64,000 nt of DNA from Octopus sinensis (Eukaryota), in NCBI RefSeq assembly GCF_006345805.1, contig NC_042997.1:10912001-10976000 (forward strand). The letters run 5' to 3'. How positions within the stretch are numbered: position 1 is the stretch's first letter; each line of letters opens with the position of its first letter. Shown here piece after piece: positions 38,733 through 50,600 of the stretch. Position numbers and translations under genes: made by a program. The notes under the pieces were generated by a model, which had not been told where the DNA came from, did not search any database, and worked only from the letters and a program-made list of their open reading frames with translations.

Positions 38733-39005
38733 CATCATCATCATCATTTAATGTCCGCTTTCTGTGCTGGCATGGGTTGGACAGTTTGACAGGACTGGCA
38801 AGCCAGGAGGCTGCATCAGGCTCCAATCTGATCTGGCAAGATTTCTACAGCTAGATTTCTACAGCCAACCACTCCAAGAGTGTAGTGGGTGCTTATTACA
38901 TGCCACTGGCACAGGTGACAGTCAGGCAGTACTGGCATTAGTCACGACAACGATTTCACTTGACTCAATAGGTTTTCTGAAGCATAGCCTATCTCCAAAG
39001 GTCAA
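38733..39005 (-). mobile_element. RTE 3'-end repeat
   Basis: (CAT)n plus core motif. Confidence 0.75.
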
Positions 39006-40007
39006 GGTTACATGTTATACATAGATATATATATATGCTGTTACACCACACTCAGCCCTTTGATACCACCACAAACAGCCTGCAGTTTGCTAGCCCAGAA
39101 AACCATGTGCACCAACACTCAGCAAGTCAAACTGCCCAGATTAGAAGAAGCAGCAGTGAAGAAGCCAGAAAAGCCGCCAACAACAAAACAACATTGTTGC
39201 ATATAGTCAAAGTAAAAACATTTTGTTTTAAACATTTAACAACAGAGTTCTTTGGAAAGTTCTTTTTCTTTTAAAACATTTAACAACAGACAGGTATTTC
39301 ATTTACCTCTGCAATGTTCACGTTCCTGGTTGTGTCGTTCTTGCCTGCCACAACCACTTTACAACTGTTGCTCTCTGTTTGTTTGCTTCCTCCTATCAAC
39401 TCTTTTTAGCCCCATTGCATAAATGTACATGTTCCCTGCCACTCAGCTGGTCTGTCTCTGTCCCTCTTTAACTTGAGAGTTACCTGTATACATCTGGCTA
39501 TGCAGCCAGAAAGACAGGTATATCACAGGTAACACAGTGCATGTTTGCCTTCGAAAATGGGTTACTCTGTTGTCATTTTAAACTCTTATGACTGTAGCGG
39601 TCAAGAGATCAAGTACCTACAGTCATAAAAAAACCATGCTTTCTGACAAGACAGTCGAAATCCCACTGGCATGAATAACTGGAGCACCATTTCAAACCCA
39701 GCTAATGGAAAAGGGATATTTCTCAATATCACTCCACTCTGTGTTCAATATGTTTTTCAATGCAAAACCAGAGAGTGATGTTTGTGTCTTGTGAACATGA
39801 AATCATCAGGATATAATTTCTTTTTCCATTCGTAACAATATATATCTGTGTGTGTGTGTGTGTGTGTGTGCTTATGCACTTTTAAGGGTTTTAACTTATT
39901 TCTAACAATTTAGGTGTTATTCAGCACTTAAGTCACAATTAGTGATGATTAAATTTTTCCTTTGTGGTTTTATATTGTGCATAGCTGCTTATATTAATTA
40001 ATTTATT

Positions 40008-40423
40008 GGATCTTTTCGGTTTGAACGGCAGTTTTTTCTAGCGGTGTCATATGAAATTGTCACCCATAATTATGACCCTAGTATTGATCTATTGCATTTC
40101 AATGTGTTTTAGGGTTAGGGTTAGGGGTGGGGGGAAGGGTATCTTTTTTTCTTCACAAATGTAAATAAACCCAATCTGTTTCTTAAACGAGGGACATATT
40201 CATACAGCACAGAATGTTTTCACCTCAATAGGCGGTCATTGATTGTTGAAATTGCAGAAATTGAAGAAAAAAAACAACAAATATCTTATAAACTATAGAA
40301 TTTTCTCAATAAAGCCAAGAGAAAAAGATGTTTTATAAACACATTCTACCAGTATACGAAGTTTAAAATTTTTTAGTTACCTAGAAATTATGTTAAAAAC
40401 TGCCATTCAAACTGAAAAGATCC
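40008..40423. mobile_element. Merlin-like MITE, copy 1
   Basis: TIR GGATCTTTTCGGTTTGAACGGCAGTTTTT; 8-bp TSD AATTTATT; internal TTAGGG repeats. Confidence 0.88.
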
Positions 40424-40999
40424 AATTTATTTTTATAAACACCTATTTATATAAGCATCTAGCACACCCAGTAAAGTAGTTGGCATTAGAAAGGGCATCC
40501 AACCATAGAAATCATACCACAACAGACAATTATTGTCTGGACAGCTCTTGTCAAACTGTCCAACCCATGCCAGCATGGGAAATGGATATCAAACAATGAT
40601 GATGATATATATATCAACTAGCAGTGGAAAGAGGTCAGAGTTGTTTATCTTGGTTCTGCTACACAATATACTCCACTAAAGGTATCCAAGTGCCTGGTGG
40701 TGCTATTAAGTAGAGTCATAGCTTAAATCTACCATTCAGTAACACATTCAGCCCATCAGTTTCTGTTTATCAATTTCACTCACAAGCCCTGGGTCAATCT
40801 GAGGTTATGGTTCAAGACTCTCACCCAAAATTCCACAATGGGATCAAAACCAGAACCACATGATTTGAAAGTAAATTCCCAAACCACATAGCATCCCAGA
40901 GAGACTCACATGAGGAAAGCTCACCAATTTCAAATAGATACTGAACGATGTATAGTTTATTGCTGTAGATAGCAAGATTCGTTTAACAAGTAGGAATGA

Positions 41000-41385
41000 C
41001 TGTGTGATAAGTAGCTTGTTTACCAACTACATGGTTCCAGGTTCAGTCCCACTGCGTGGCACCTTGGGCAAGTGTCTTCTACTATAGCCTCGGGTCGACC
41101 AAAGCCTTCTGAGTGGATTTGGTAGGTGGAAACTGAAAGAAGCCCATCGTATATATGTATATATATGTGTGTGTGTATATGTTTCTGTGTCTGTGTTTGT
41201 CCCCCCAACATCGCTTGACAACCGATGCTGGTGTGTTTACATCACCGTAACATAGCGGTTCAACAAAAGAGACCGATAGAATAAGTACTAGGCTTACAAA
41301 AAAAAAGTCCTAGGGTCAATTTGCTCGACTAAAGGCAGTGCTCCAGCATGGTCACAGTCAAATGACTGAAACAAGTAAAAGAGTA
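41000..41385 (+). mobile_element. Full-length tRNA-derived SINE
   Basis: tRNA-like head, core, (TA)/(TG) spacer and GACTGAAACAAGTAAAAGAG tail. Confidence 0.88.
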
Positions 41386-41676
41386 AGTGTTCATCTTGAA
41401 ATACTGTTTTTAAATCATGATATGAACAAAATCTGTAATAAACTGGTAATCCTATCCAGGGGATGCCTTTACTGCTTAAGTTTAGCAGTAATCCTTTCTA
41501 GTTATAACTATATTGAAGTACTGAAACTGTACCTTAGATTGAAACACCTACTTTGATGAGTCACCAAATTTATAGGAAACCTACCTCGAGTAAAGTTCAT
41601 CCCCAAATCATAAAATGCTCTTCTTTCTACATTATTTACATTCGACGGATATTTGTCCTCATCTTGTTTGTTGTTA

Positions 41677-41720
41677 ACACAACATTTCGGCTGATATACC
41701 CTCCAGCCTTCTTCAGGTGT
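41677..41720 (-). ncRNA. Minimal hammerhead ribozyme motif, left arm
   Basis: ACAC-CTGAAGA-A-GGCTG(loop)CAGCC-GAAA-TGTT-GTGT. Confidence 0.7.
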
Positions 41721-41903
41721 CTTGGGAACATTTCAAACCTGGGTTCTCATTCCAAAGGTATTTTTCTATGTTATTATTATTGTTCAGGTTACTGCTTGGA
41801 ATCGAACTCAGAATCTTGGGGTTAGTAGCCTGCACTCTGAACCATAATAATAACATCGAAAAATACCCTAGAAATGAGAACCCAGGTTCGAAATTTCCAC
41901 AAG

Positions 41904-41947
41904 ACACCTGAAGAAGGCTGGAGGATATATCAGCTGAAACGTTGTGT
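41904..41947 (+). ncRNA. Minimal hammerhead ribozyme motif, right arm
   Basis: ACAC-CTGAAGA-A-GGCTG(loop)CAGCT-GAAA-CGTT-GTGT; palindromic ACGT stem III. Confidence 0.75.
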
Positions 41948-42191
41948 TAACAACAAACAAGATGAGGGCAAATATCCGTCTAATGTAAATAACGTACATA
42001 ATTCCTATCTCTTAAATATAGAACTGCTCTTCTTTCTTACATACAGCTACCTATTACATTGTTGTTGTTGCCTTCAGTGAAGCCTGAAGTATCAGCTAGA
42101 CCTCTACTCTCCTACTATGTACATCTAAGTAAAAATTGAATAAAAAGCACAGGAGTACAAAATCTTTGCTATAAATAATAGTAGCATTATC

Positions 42192-42611
42192 GGATCTTTT
42201 CGGTTTGAACGGCAGTTTTTAAAAATAATTTCCACGTAACTAAACACTTTTAAACTTCGTATACTGGTAGATTGTGTTTATAAAACATCTTTTTCTCTTG
42301 GCTTTATTGAGAAAATTCTATAGTTTATAAGATATTTGTTGTTTTTTTTTCTTAAATTTCTCCAATTTCAACCAATCATTGACGTCTATTGAGGTAAAAA
42401 AAAACATTCTGTGCCGTATGAATATGTCCCTCGTTTAAGGAACAGATTGGGTTTATTTACATTTGTGAAGAAAAAAAGATACCCTTCCCCCATCCCTAAC
42501 CCTAATCCTAAAACAGATTGAAATGCAATAGATCGATACTAGGGTCATAATTATGGGTGACAATTTCATATGACACCGCTAGAAAAACTGCCGTTCAAAC
42601 CGAAAAGATCC
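42192..42611. mobile_element. Merlin-like MITE, copy 2 (inverted relative to copy 1)
   Basis: Same TIR; 8-bp TSD GCATTATC at 42184-42191 and 42612-42619. Confidence 0.9.
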
Positions 42612-43807
42612 GCATTATCATACTACTTATGTTCACTAGATAACATAAATGAACATGGCTGAGCAGATAGTTTGCACCATGTCAGCTGTAGTTCTTTGGA
42701 GCTAAACTGTAAAATTGCTCAGTCCACTTAACCGTAATAGATACTACATGCAGCTATTTATAGTCAACACATAACGTTAAGAATTATTACATTAGCTGTA
42801 GTGCTGAGTCTGAGCCTTTCTGTGGGTACACTTTAAAGAGATATGGGCAAGCACAACCATCTTTATTTACCCTGCATCAGCAGTTATCAAACTGAAAAAT
42901 ATCAGCCCACTCCTACTCCACAAAAAAATATTAAAGAAATTCTATGAGACTTTTTTCTTCAAGACAAAAATAGCTTCCATATAATTCGCCTTCTTTCTTC
43001 ACCATGCCATTGGACTATTTAAAAAGTTGATTGGAAGCTTGCCTAATTTTATTAAAAATGGCAATTTGCCCTCCCAGTTTTCAATCTTATGAAAAACACT
43101 GCCCTAGACTGTTAAGAAGATTAATTTACAGCCACGTGGTTTCAGGTTTGATCCTACAGAATGGCACTTTCGGAAAATGTCTTTTACAATGACCTTGAAT
43201 CAATTAAATCCTTGGGTACGAAATTTGAGGGATAGAATTACATGGAGGTCTGTAGGAAGGACTGTTCTTGTTCTTAAGTAGTAGACTTAATCTGTCACCC
43301 AGTTTAATACCACCACCTGGTCCTTGGTAAAGTACGCTGCTTTAGCTAACTAGTCTCAAAGTAACAGCCTCCTTTGCTTCCACCGATCACTGTAGCCTTA
43401 AAAAGGAGACTTTTCTTTCTTTTCTGACGAAGCTATTAAAATATCCATTTTTAAATCCATACTTCCTAGTGTACTTTACATGTCTTATATGAGAGAAGTT
43501 GTACTTTAGAGTATTAAGCACCGAAGCCTTCAGTGGTATTCGCGCGAAACAAAGTACCTTAGATTAAAGGCATGGATCTTGGGCGAACATAATCTGCAAT
43601 CGATTCACATCACTGTATTAAGAAAAAATGAATATCCACTATTCATCATCAATATTACAAATGTTTATAGCAGTAGATAAATATGTTGCTAAGGAACGAC
43701 TGCCAGTTTTCAAGTAGCAACAGGTTAGACCTGAAAACGAATGAGATAGCCGATCAGTGTTTATTTAGCCCTAGAGTTAATTTCGCTTAACCGGTTCAAT
43801 TATCATT

Positions 43808-43829
43808 ATGTCTGATGCTCCACCCGGAG
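43808..43829 (+). CDS. First coding exon of the death-domain-like gene (MSDAPPG)
   Basis: ATTATGT start, consensus donor GTAAGT at 43830, phase matches the downstream exon; lies in a locally CpG-retaining region. Confidence 0.65.
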
Positions 43830-44566
43830 GTAAGTACTTTCTAATTTGTTTGTTATGTCGTGTAATTGATTTTCTCTTTATCAAACAATAGATTATGCCT
43901 GTATTACTAACTCAGATATAATATTTTGTAAAAAAAAAATCATGTTGCAGATTTCTCTGAAAATAATTTCGTTTACTTTTTAACCAAATAAAATAACCTA
44001 AGTAATAATTTTCGATCCTAATTGGCGTGATGGGATCCAACCAGATAAATGTATTCAATTATTAAATACACTTTCTTAGAGATGTGGGTGTTTTAAATTA
44101 AGAAGTGATATGAATTTTACTAATATCGGGGCTGGATGATATGAAAACAAACGCTTGTTAACAAGTAAATCAGTAAGAGTGTCATGCAAATAGGATAAAT
44201 ATGCTTTTATTGCCCATTCCCTCTTTCATCTAATTGCTGTATATGGTGGGAATTTTGATTCGCGAGTCTGATCAAATTGAGAGGTTTGTTTACAAATGGA
44301 TAATCGATTATTTTCTACTGTTATCGAGAATACGTTTGCAAAATAAACTAATTTTTCAGAACAACTAACTCAATGAAAATAAACGTATTGAAATAATTTT
44401 TATAGCGTTAGATATAATTCTTATGACTTTCGACACAAGTCTTATTGCAAACTTAGCGCGATTTATTGATTATGGTGGTGTGCCCTCAAAGTTAAAACTT
44501 TTTAGTTTCTCTTTCGTGGTGAAACAATTTAATCAAATAAACCTCTATCAGAGCCGTAATTATTAT

Positions 44567-44610
<44 letters not shown>

Positions 44611-47600
44611 CTTTTACTAGTTTGTCATTGGACTGTGGTCATGCTGGAGCACCACCTATTTATATATATATGTGTGTGTTTGCTCCTTCTCGAGCCGCGC
44701 CTGGCTCATAAGGGCCGGTTTCTGCACCTGGATGGAACGCCGGTCCAACGCAGGTGAGTTGCAAGAGCGAAAGTTGTGGCGAAAGAGTCAGCAGAAGTTC
44801 GCCATTACCTTCTGTGGGACCTGCGTGGAGCTTAGGTGTTTCGCTCATAAACACACACATCGCCCGGTCTGAAATTCGAACCCGCGAGTCCGCTGCTCTA
44901 ACTACTAGGCCATGTGCCTCCACACACACACACACCGATTTCATTTTTCTCCAACAGCATGTATACTTTCGTTTTTATCATAGGAAGTTTTGTCTTGCTT
45001 GGAATTATGATGCGTGTTGTAGAAGAATTAAAGTTAGGTCTTTCATTGCAGAATTTTCTAAATCGAAAAAATAAACTAACCCGCTATTTTACTTCACAAC
45101 GGAGTTTCATAAAATAGATGGGGAAAACAAGCAAAATCAGAAAGTGAAACTGATGTAAACTGATGCATTACCATACTTTTGTACTCCAATTTTCATTGAA
45201 AAGATTAATTGTGCTTTTGCAGTAAAGCCTAAAAGTGGATGGCCAAAATATTTTCTCCAACAAAAAAGATTTTTTGATTATTTTATTTGTAAACTCTTCT
45301 AGTGTTAAATGACAACAGAAAAATAGGAGTTTATCAGTATGTTTAGGCAACGTCAAATAGTGAATATATCTATGCCTTTTCTATTTTTTAAAGATCAAAT
45401 ATATTACTTAAATATTTTGCTAATAAAGTTCACCAATAAACAAAGTTATTCTGGTGAATTTTTCATTTCTTTGTATTGATGTTTGAGTTTATAAAACTTA
45501 AAGAAGAAACAATTATTTAAAGAATTTGCTTAAAACGCAAACAAAAATAAGCATATGATCGCTTAAAGTAAAAATACCGTAAAAACTAAATCTTCCGAAA
45601 GAAATATTAAGCATGACTCTTCAAGATTCTATTAAAGCAATATCAAGGTACTCAATTTAGCTTACGGGCACCTGCGATCAGTAATTTTTTCTAGTCAAAA
45701 TAGTTTGTGTGTGTGCCTGTATGTGTTATAATCTCCCCACCCCTACCCATTAACTAAATCCTTGGTGGGTATTAATTCAGTATTAGGATCAAAATATTTA
45801 TCTTCGCTGTAATGAAACGGTTTCAATTGGAAATCGAGAGTAAATTGTTGATTTAATTTACCAATAACTTGACAAATCCTGTTTGATCCTGTGCTAAATG
45901 TGTCCCTTCAGCATCGAACCAGTTAATCAACCATTCTTTCTACTTCACACGTTCAATACTATATGTGTACATACAACACTGGATTTTAAAATATATTTCA
46001 TTTATTTAATAAAACTATGCTCCAAAGTTTCAGTAAACCGGGATATACTTAACATTCATTTTCTATATTGACAAAAGGTTTCAAATTTAGAATGGAAAAG
46101 TGAAATCGTGTAATGGATTTGGTTTTTCTTTGTGATTTGGATTTTTTTAAGCCCGAATAAAGAATAATAATAATATTCCTTAAATTACAAGTTATAACGT
46201 TCGTACTCTTCGAAAATTATTGGCAACATGAATGGCTGTGTGGCTGTGTGGCTGTGTGGTAAGTACATGGTTCTGGTTCAGTCCCACTGCGTGGCATCTT
46301 GGGCAAGTGTCTTCTGCTATAGCCTCGGGCCGACCAATGCCTTGTGAGTGGATTTGGTAGACGGAAACTGAAAGAAGCCTGTCGTATATATGTATATATA
46401 TGTATGTATGTATATGTTTGTATGCTGGTGTGTTTACGTCCCCGTCACTTAGCGGTTCGGCAAAAGAGACCGATAGAATAAGTACTGGGCTTACAAAGAA
46501 TAAGTCCCGGGGTCGATTTGCTCGACTAAAGGCGGTGCTCCAGCATGGCCGCAGTCAAATGACTGAAACAAGTAAAAGAGTATGAATGTAGTAAAAGTGA
46601 CTTAAACTCATTAGCTCATCTCAAAGTTATCTCGTGCACTATAGTGCTCAACAATAAATGTTTAATTCCACTCAGTCCTGATCGTGAAAACGACTTTTGA
46701 TCAAAGGCTTTACAGACGTTACCGTTCTTTTTTTTTTTTTTTCTTTGTCAGACATTGTGTTTTTCGGACTACACTCCCTAGACTCCACACTTGTTTTAGA
46801 CAATAAGGTGTGACTTGAAGGAGATTTTGCCATCATTTTGAGTAGATTACGTGGCTATGTAGAAGATCCCTCGTTGGTTAGGTTCAACAGAATGCTTTGT
46901 ATATATTGGATTGTCAGGTAAATTCGTTCGGTTTTATTCCATGAAGTCCTTATTTTTCATCAATGTTTTAACAAATCAGTCGATAAAAATATTCTCCTTC
47001 ATTGTTCACGATTTCTTGTCAGCGAACAATGAAGGAGAATATTCTGACTGATTTGTTGAAAAATAATTATTAGAATAAATGTGAGGCAAAAAGCGAACGA
47101 ATTTATCGAGCACACCTAGCTCAGAAGTGTTTCCAGCGTGGTCGGCCCATCTTTTTGAATATCAGACTACGTTGTCTTTTGCTTATATTTTTTATGAGAG
47201 AGTGTCATTTGAGGGAAACATTGGCATACGAAAACCCATTTGTAGCGAAGGGATATAGGTTAACTGAATCAAGCCTATTGCACATCCAAGGAGAATGAAA
47301 GGCAAAGTTGACTCCGGCAGAATGTCAGCACAGAATGTAAAGAGACGAATCTAACATCTGTTCTTTTTTTTTTTACAAGACTACTAACATATACATAATG
47401 AAGGAGGTGTCTGGTTCATTCAATTGATACCTGTTTATTATAGTTATTTTATAATTCCCGGAAAGATAAAATGTGAAGTTTGAATATCAAGCATAAAGGT
47501 AACAAAACATCAAATAATATTTTGTCCGGCGCTTTACCGATTCTGCGATTTGCTGCACTTTATGAGATTGAGTATTTATTTCTTTATTGCCCACAGGAGG

Positions 47601-50600
47601 CTAAACAAGGACAGACAAAGGGATTAAGTCGAATACATCGACCCTAGTGCGTAACTGGTACTTATTTAATCGATCCCGAAAGGATGAAAGGCAAAGTCGA
47701 CCTCGGCGGAATTTGAACTCAGAACGTAACGGCAGAGGAAATACCTATTTCTTTACTACCCACAAGGGGCTAAACACAGAGAGGACAAACAAGGACAGAC
47801 AAACGGATTAAGTCGATTATATCGACCCCAGGGCGTAACTGGTACTTATTTAATCGATCCCGAAAGGATGAAAGGCAAAGTCGACCTCGGCGGAATTTGA
47901 ACTCAGAACGTGACAGCAGACGAAATACCGCTAAGCATGCCAGCTCGCCTCTCTCTTAATGTGATTAAGTATTAGTCATATTACATAACGTTGAACTGAA
48001 TTACCCACTTTTAGCAATTCTGTTACCACGTTGGTAAAAATCTATATATATAAAACTCTAGTTGTGTGAGTGTCTGTCCCCTTCGATTTAGATTCCTAAC
48101 TCCTCCCACATTTTGCGGTGCAGTTTAACCAAATTCGGGTATCTTATAGTCGTGATTCATATCGAGCCCGTCTGACTATTAGCGCGCGTCAACGATGAGT
48201 CTACGATTTTAAAAATAATTTAACATCATTTTTTATTCCATTTTAATGCATCGTGTGTCGATGGCGGCGGAGTTGGCGTCCACGCTCACAGCTGCACCTG
48301 TTTGCTTCTCCCCCTTCCCTCCCTCGTGAAGCTGTGGGGAAGGGAGTGTAAAGAAATCAACGTCGTAATGCGTTGTGAAGGAAACCAGCGTTCTTTTAGA
48401 ACAACGACTTCATGGCTTGAAGACACCAAAACAAAAATGGCTAAGAAAGCCCGAATTTATAAGGGAAGTAACTCTCTAAAAATGCTTATATAGTTATTTC
48501 CCTTACAAACCCGAGCAACGCCGGGCGATATTGCTAGTGCTATATAAAGATAATTTGGCAAGACTTCCGCCCTTCCTCCCCCACAAAAAAAAAACACCCT
48601 TAATTTTTTTTTCTTTCGACATAAACACCTCTTTTCGGCTACGGGGAATACGAATCTGCAAAAAAAAAAAAAAAACTGGCAAAAATCGCCATTTCTAAAT
48701 TACCACCCACCCCCATTTCCTTCATTTTAAACTTTTTCCACCATTTTTTTTTTTTGTTCAAAATATGCGGAAAAATACGGACATTATGATTCTGAAAATA
48801 ATTTCCGAAACTCTTTGTTAAATTTAAAAAAAAAAAAATTTTTCTCTAAATATGCGGAAAAATACAGACATCATGATTCGGACAAAAATTTCAAAACATT
48901 TCTGTGCTTACGGTTAGAGTTTTAGGGTTAGGGTGTTAGGATTTTAGGGTTAGTGTTGTGGAAAAAAGTCAAAATTGAAGAGGTTGGAGGGGGTGATTTT
49001 CACAATACCGATTTTTGGCAAAAAAAATTACAAAAATAAACAAATTTCGTAGAAAATGGGGGGTGGGTCGGGGTCGGAAATCTTTCCGATAATTTAAATT
49101 AATTGTTACTAATTTCTTTATTTTAAAACTTTTTTCAGAAATTTTTTTTCAAAATATGTGGAAAAATACGGAGATCATGATTCTGAAAAAAATTCCAAAA
49201 ATTTTTGTAGTTAGGGTTACGGTTAGGGAAAAAAGTGAAAAATGAAGAAAGTGAGGGGGACAAAAATTTCAAAATGCCGATTTTAGGCAATTTTCCGGAA
49301 TCTCCGTATCCGAAAACGGGGTTTTTTTGCAAAAATAATAATAATAATAATAATTTGCGAGAAAAGAGTGAAGGCGGGCGGAAAGAAGTCTTTCTTTTTT
49401 TACTAATCAATAGAAAAGAACAACAGTATGAAATCTAACGGATAAACCGTTATTCATTAGGGTTTGGTTTAGAAGCAGCGTACGTTAATAAAATGGAAAG
49501 CAGATAATATTTGAATACTCAAACTTCTCGATAAAACGCGAAGAAAGGAAAAAATGCGCCGTCCTTCAGAAAATCCTAGTGAATCCGATATAGGTTAGTA
49601 CTGCCAGGTATTTTAATTTTGAACAGTAGGGACAAAGACTAAATAAATAATCCTTTAAGATGCCTTTGATAGAATTAAAGACAAAAACACACTCAAATTT
49701 CTAGTCATGATTATTGTCTAATTTCCACGAAGATTACACTATCTATCAAAAATAAATAATAATAATAATAATAATGATCCTACGAACACCCCTGCAGATT
49801 TCGTTGCAGTTTTCGATTAATGTATAGATATTCTCTGGCCTGCAAAGATCATGAACACTGCCATTTCTTCTTTAAGTTTGGAGTTCTGAATTCAAATATT
49901 TTATAATTGAAGTCAGAACTCCAAACTTAACGGAATTTAACCACAATTTATTTATGTTTTTATGTACAATTTAATGGTTTCATAAATATTTAATTATGCC
50001 TAGTTTTAAATATGCCCTTAATTTAGGGCATTGGACAAAGTGTCAGTAGTCTTCAGTTAACGTTCTGAGTTCAAATTCCCATTGAGGTCAATTTTGCTCT
50101 CCTTCCGGAGTTGATAAAATAAATTATCGGTTAAGTACGACGGTTGATTTAATATTCCTAAAATACGTCTTATATATGAATGAAATTGTTTTCTAATTTT
50201 GGCATAAGGCCTACAGCTTTAAAGGAAAGAGATTAATCGATACCTTCGATCCTAGTGTTTGATTGGTACTTTATTTTATCGACCCCCGAAAGGATGTAAG
50301 ACAGAGCTGACCCCGGCGGGTTTCTCAGAACATAAAGAACTGGATCGATCCGGCTAACGAATAATAATTATATGAGAATATATTTAATCAATAACTTTGA
50401 GTCCTACAAATTATATTTTGTTTCGCATACACTTTGAATAATAAAAAGTTGCTAAAATATATTTTAGCGGCGTAAAATCTTCAGTGTTAGCTTTCTTGAA
50501 ACCCAGCATGTTATGTGTTATTTTATTTGGGAGTAATAACAATGGGCTTCAAATATAAAAATCTGACCGTAAACAAAAATTTGAAAGGTGAGATTGAAGA

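Larger units (their letters stand above)
41629..42024. mobile_element. Palindromic non-autonomous retroelement: tRNA-like loop between two inverted hammerhead-bearing arms, 13-bp TSD
   Basis: Arms 41628-41787 and 41837-41996; TSD TGCTCTTCTTTCT at 41616-41628 and 42025-42037. Confidence 0.85.

Noticed and set aside
41788-41843. Possible tRNA gene
   Set aside because: It has a B box and T-arm-like part but lacks the 5' acceptor/D-stem half, so it is treated as a SINE-type head.
41713-41911. Mirror-image 64-aa ORFs on both strands
   Set aside because: A consequence of the DNA palindrome, not evidence of coding.
43808-43829. MSDAPPG resembles some cytochrome c N-termini
   Set aside because: No CxxCH-encoding exon was found downstream; the in-phase exon is death-domain-like.
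48905-48960. Interstitial telomere or chromosome-fusion scar
   Set aside because: Short, degenerate and internal to a TSD-flanked MITE.
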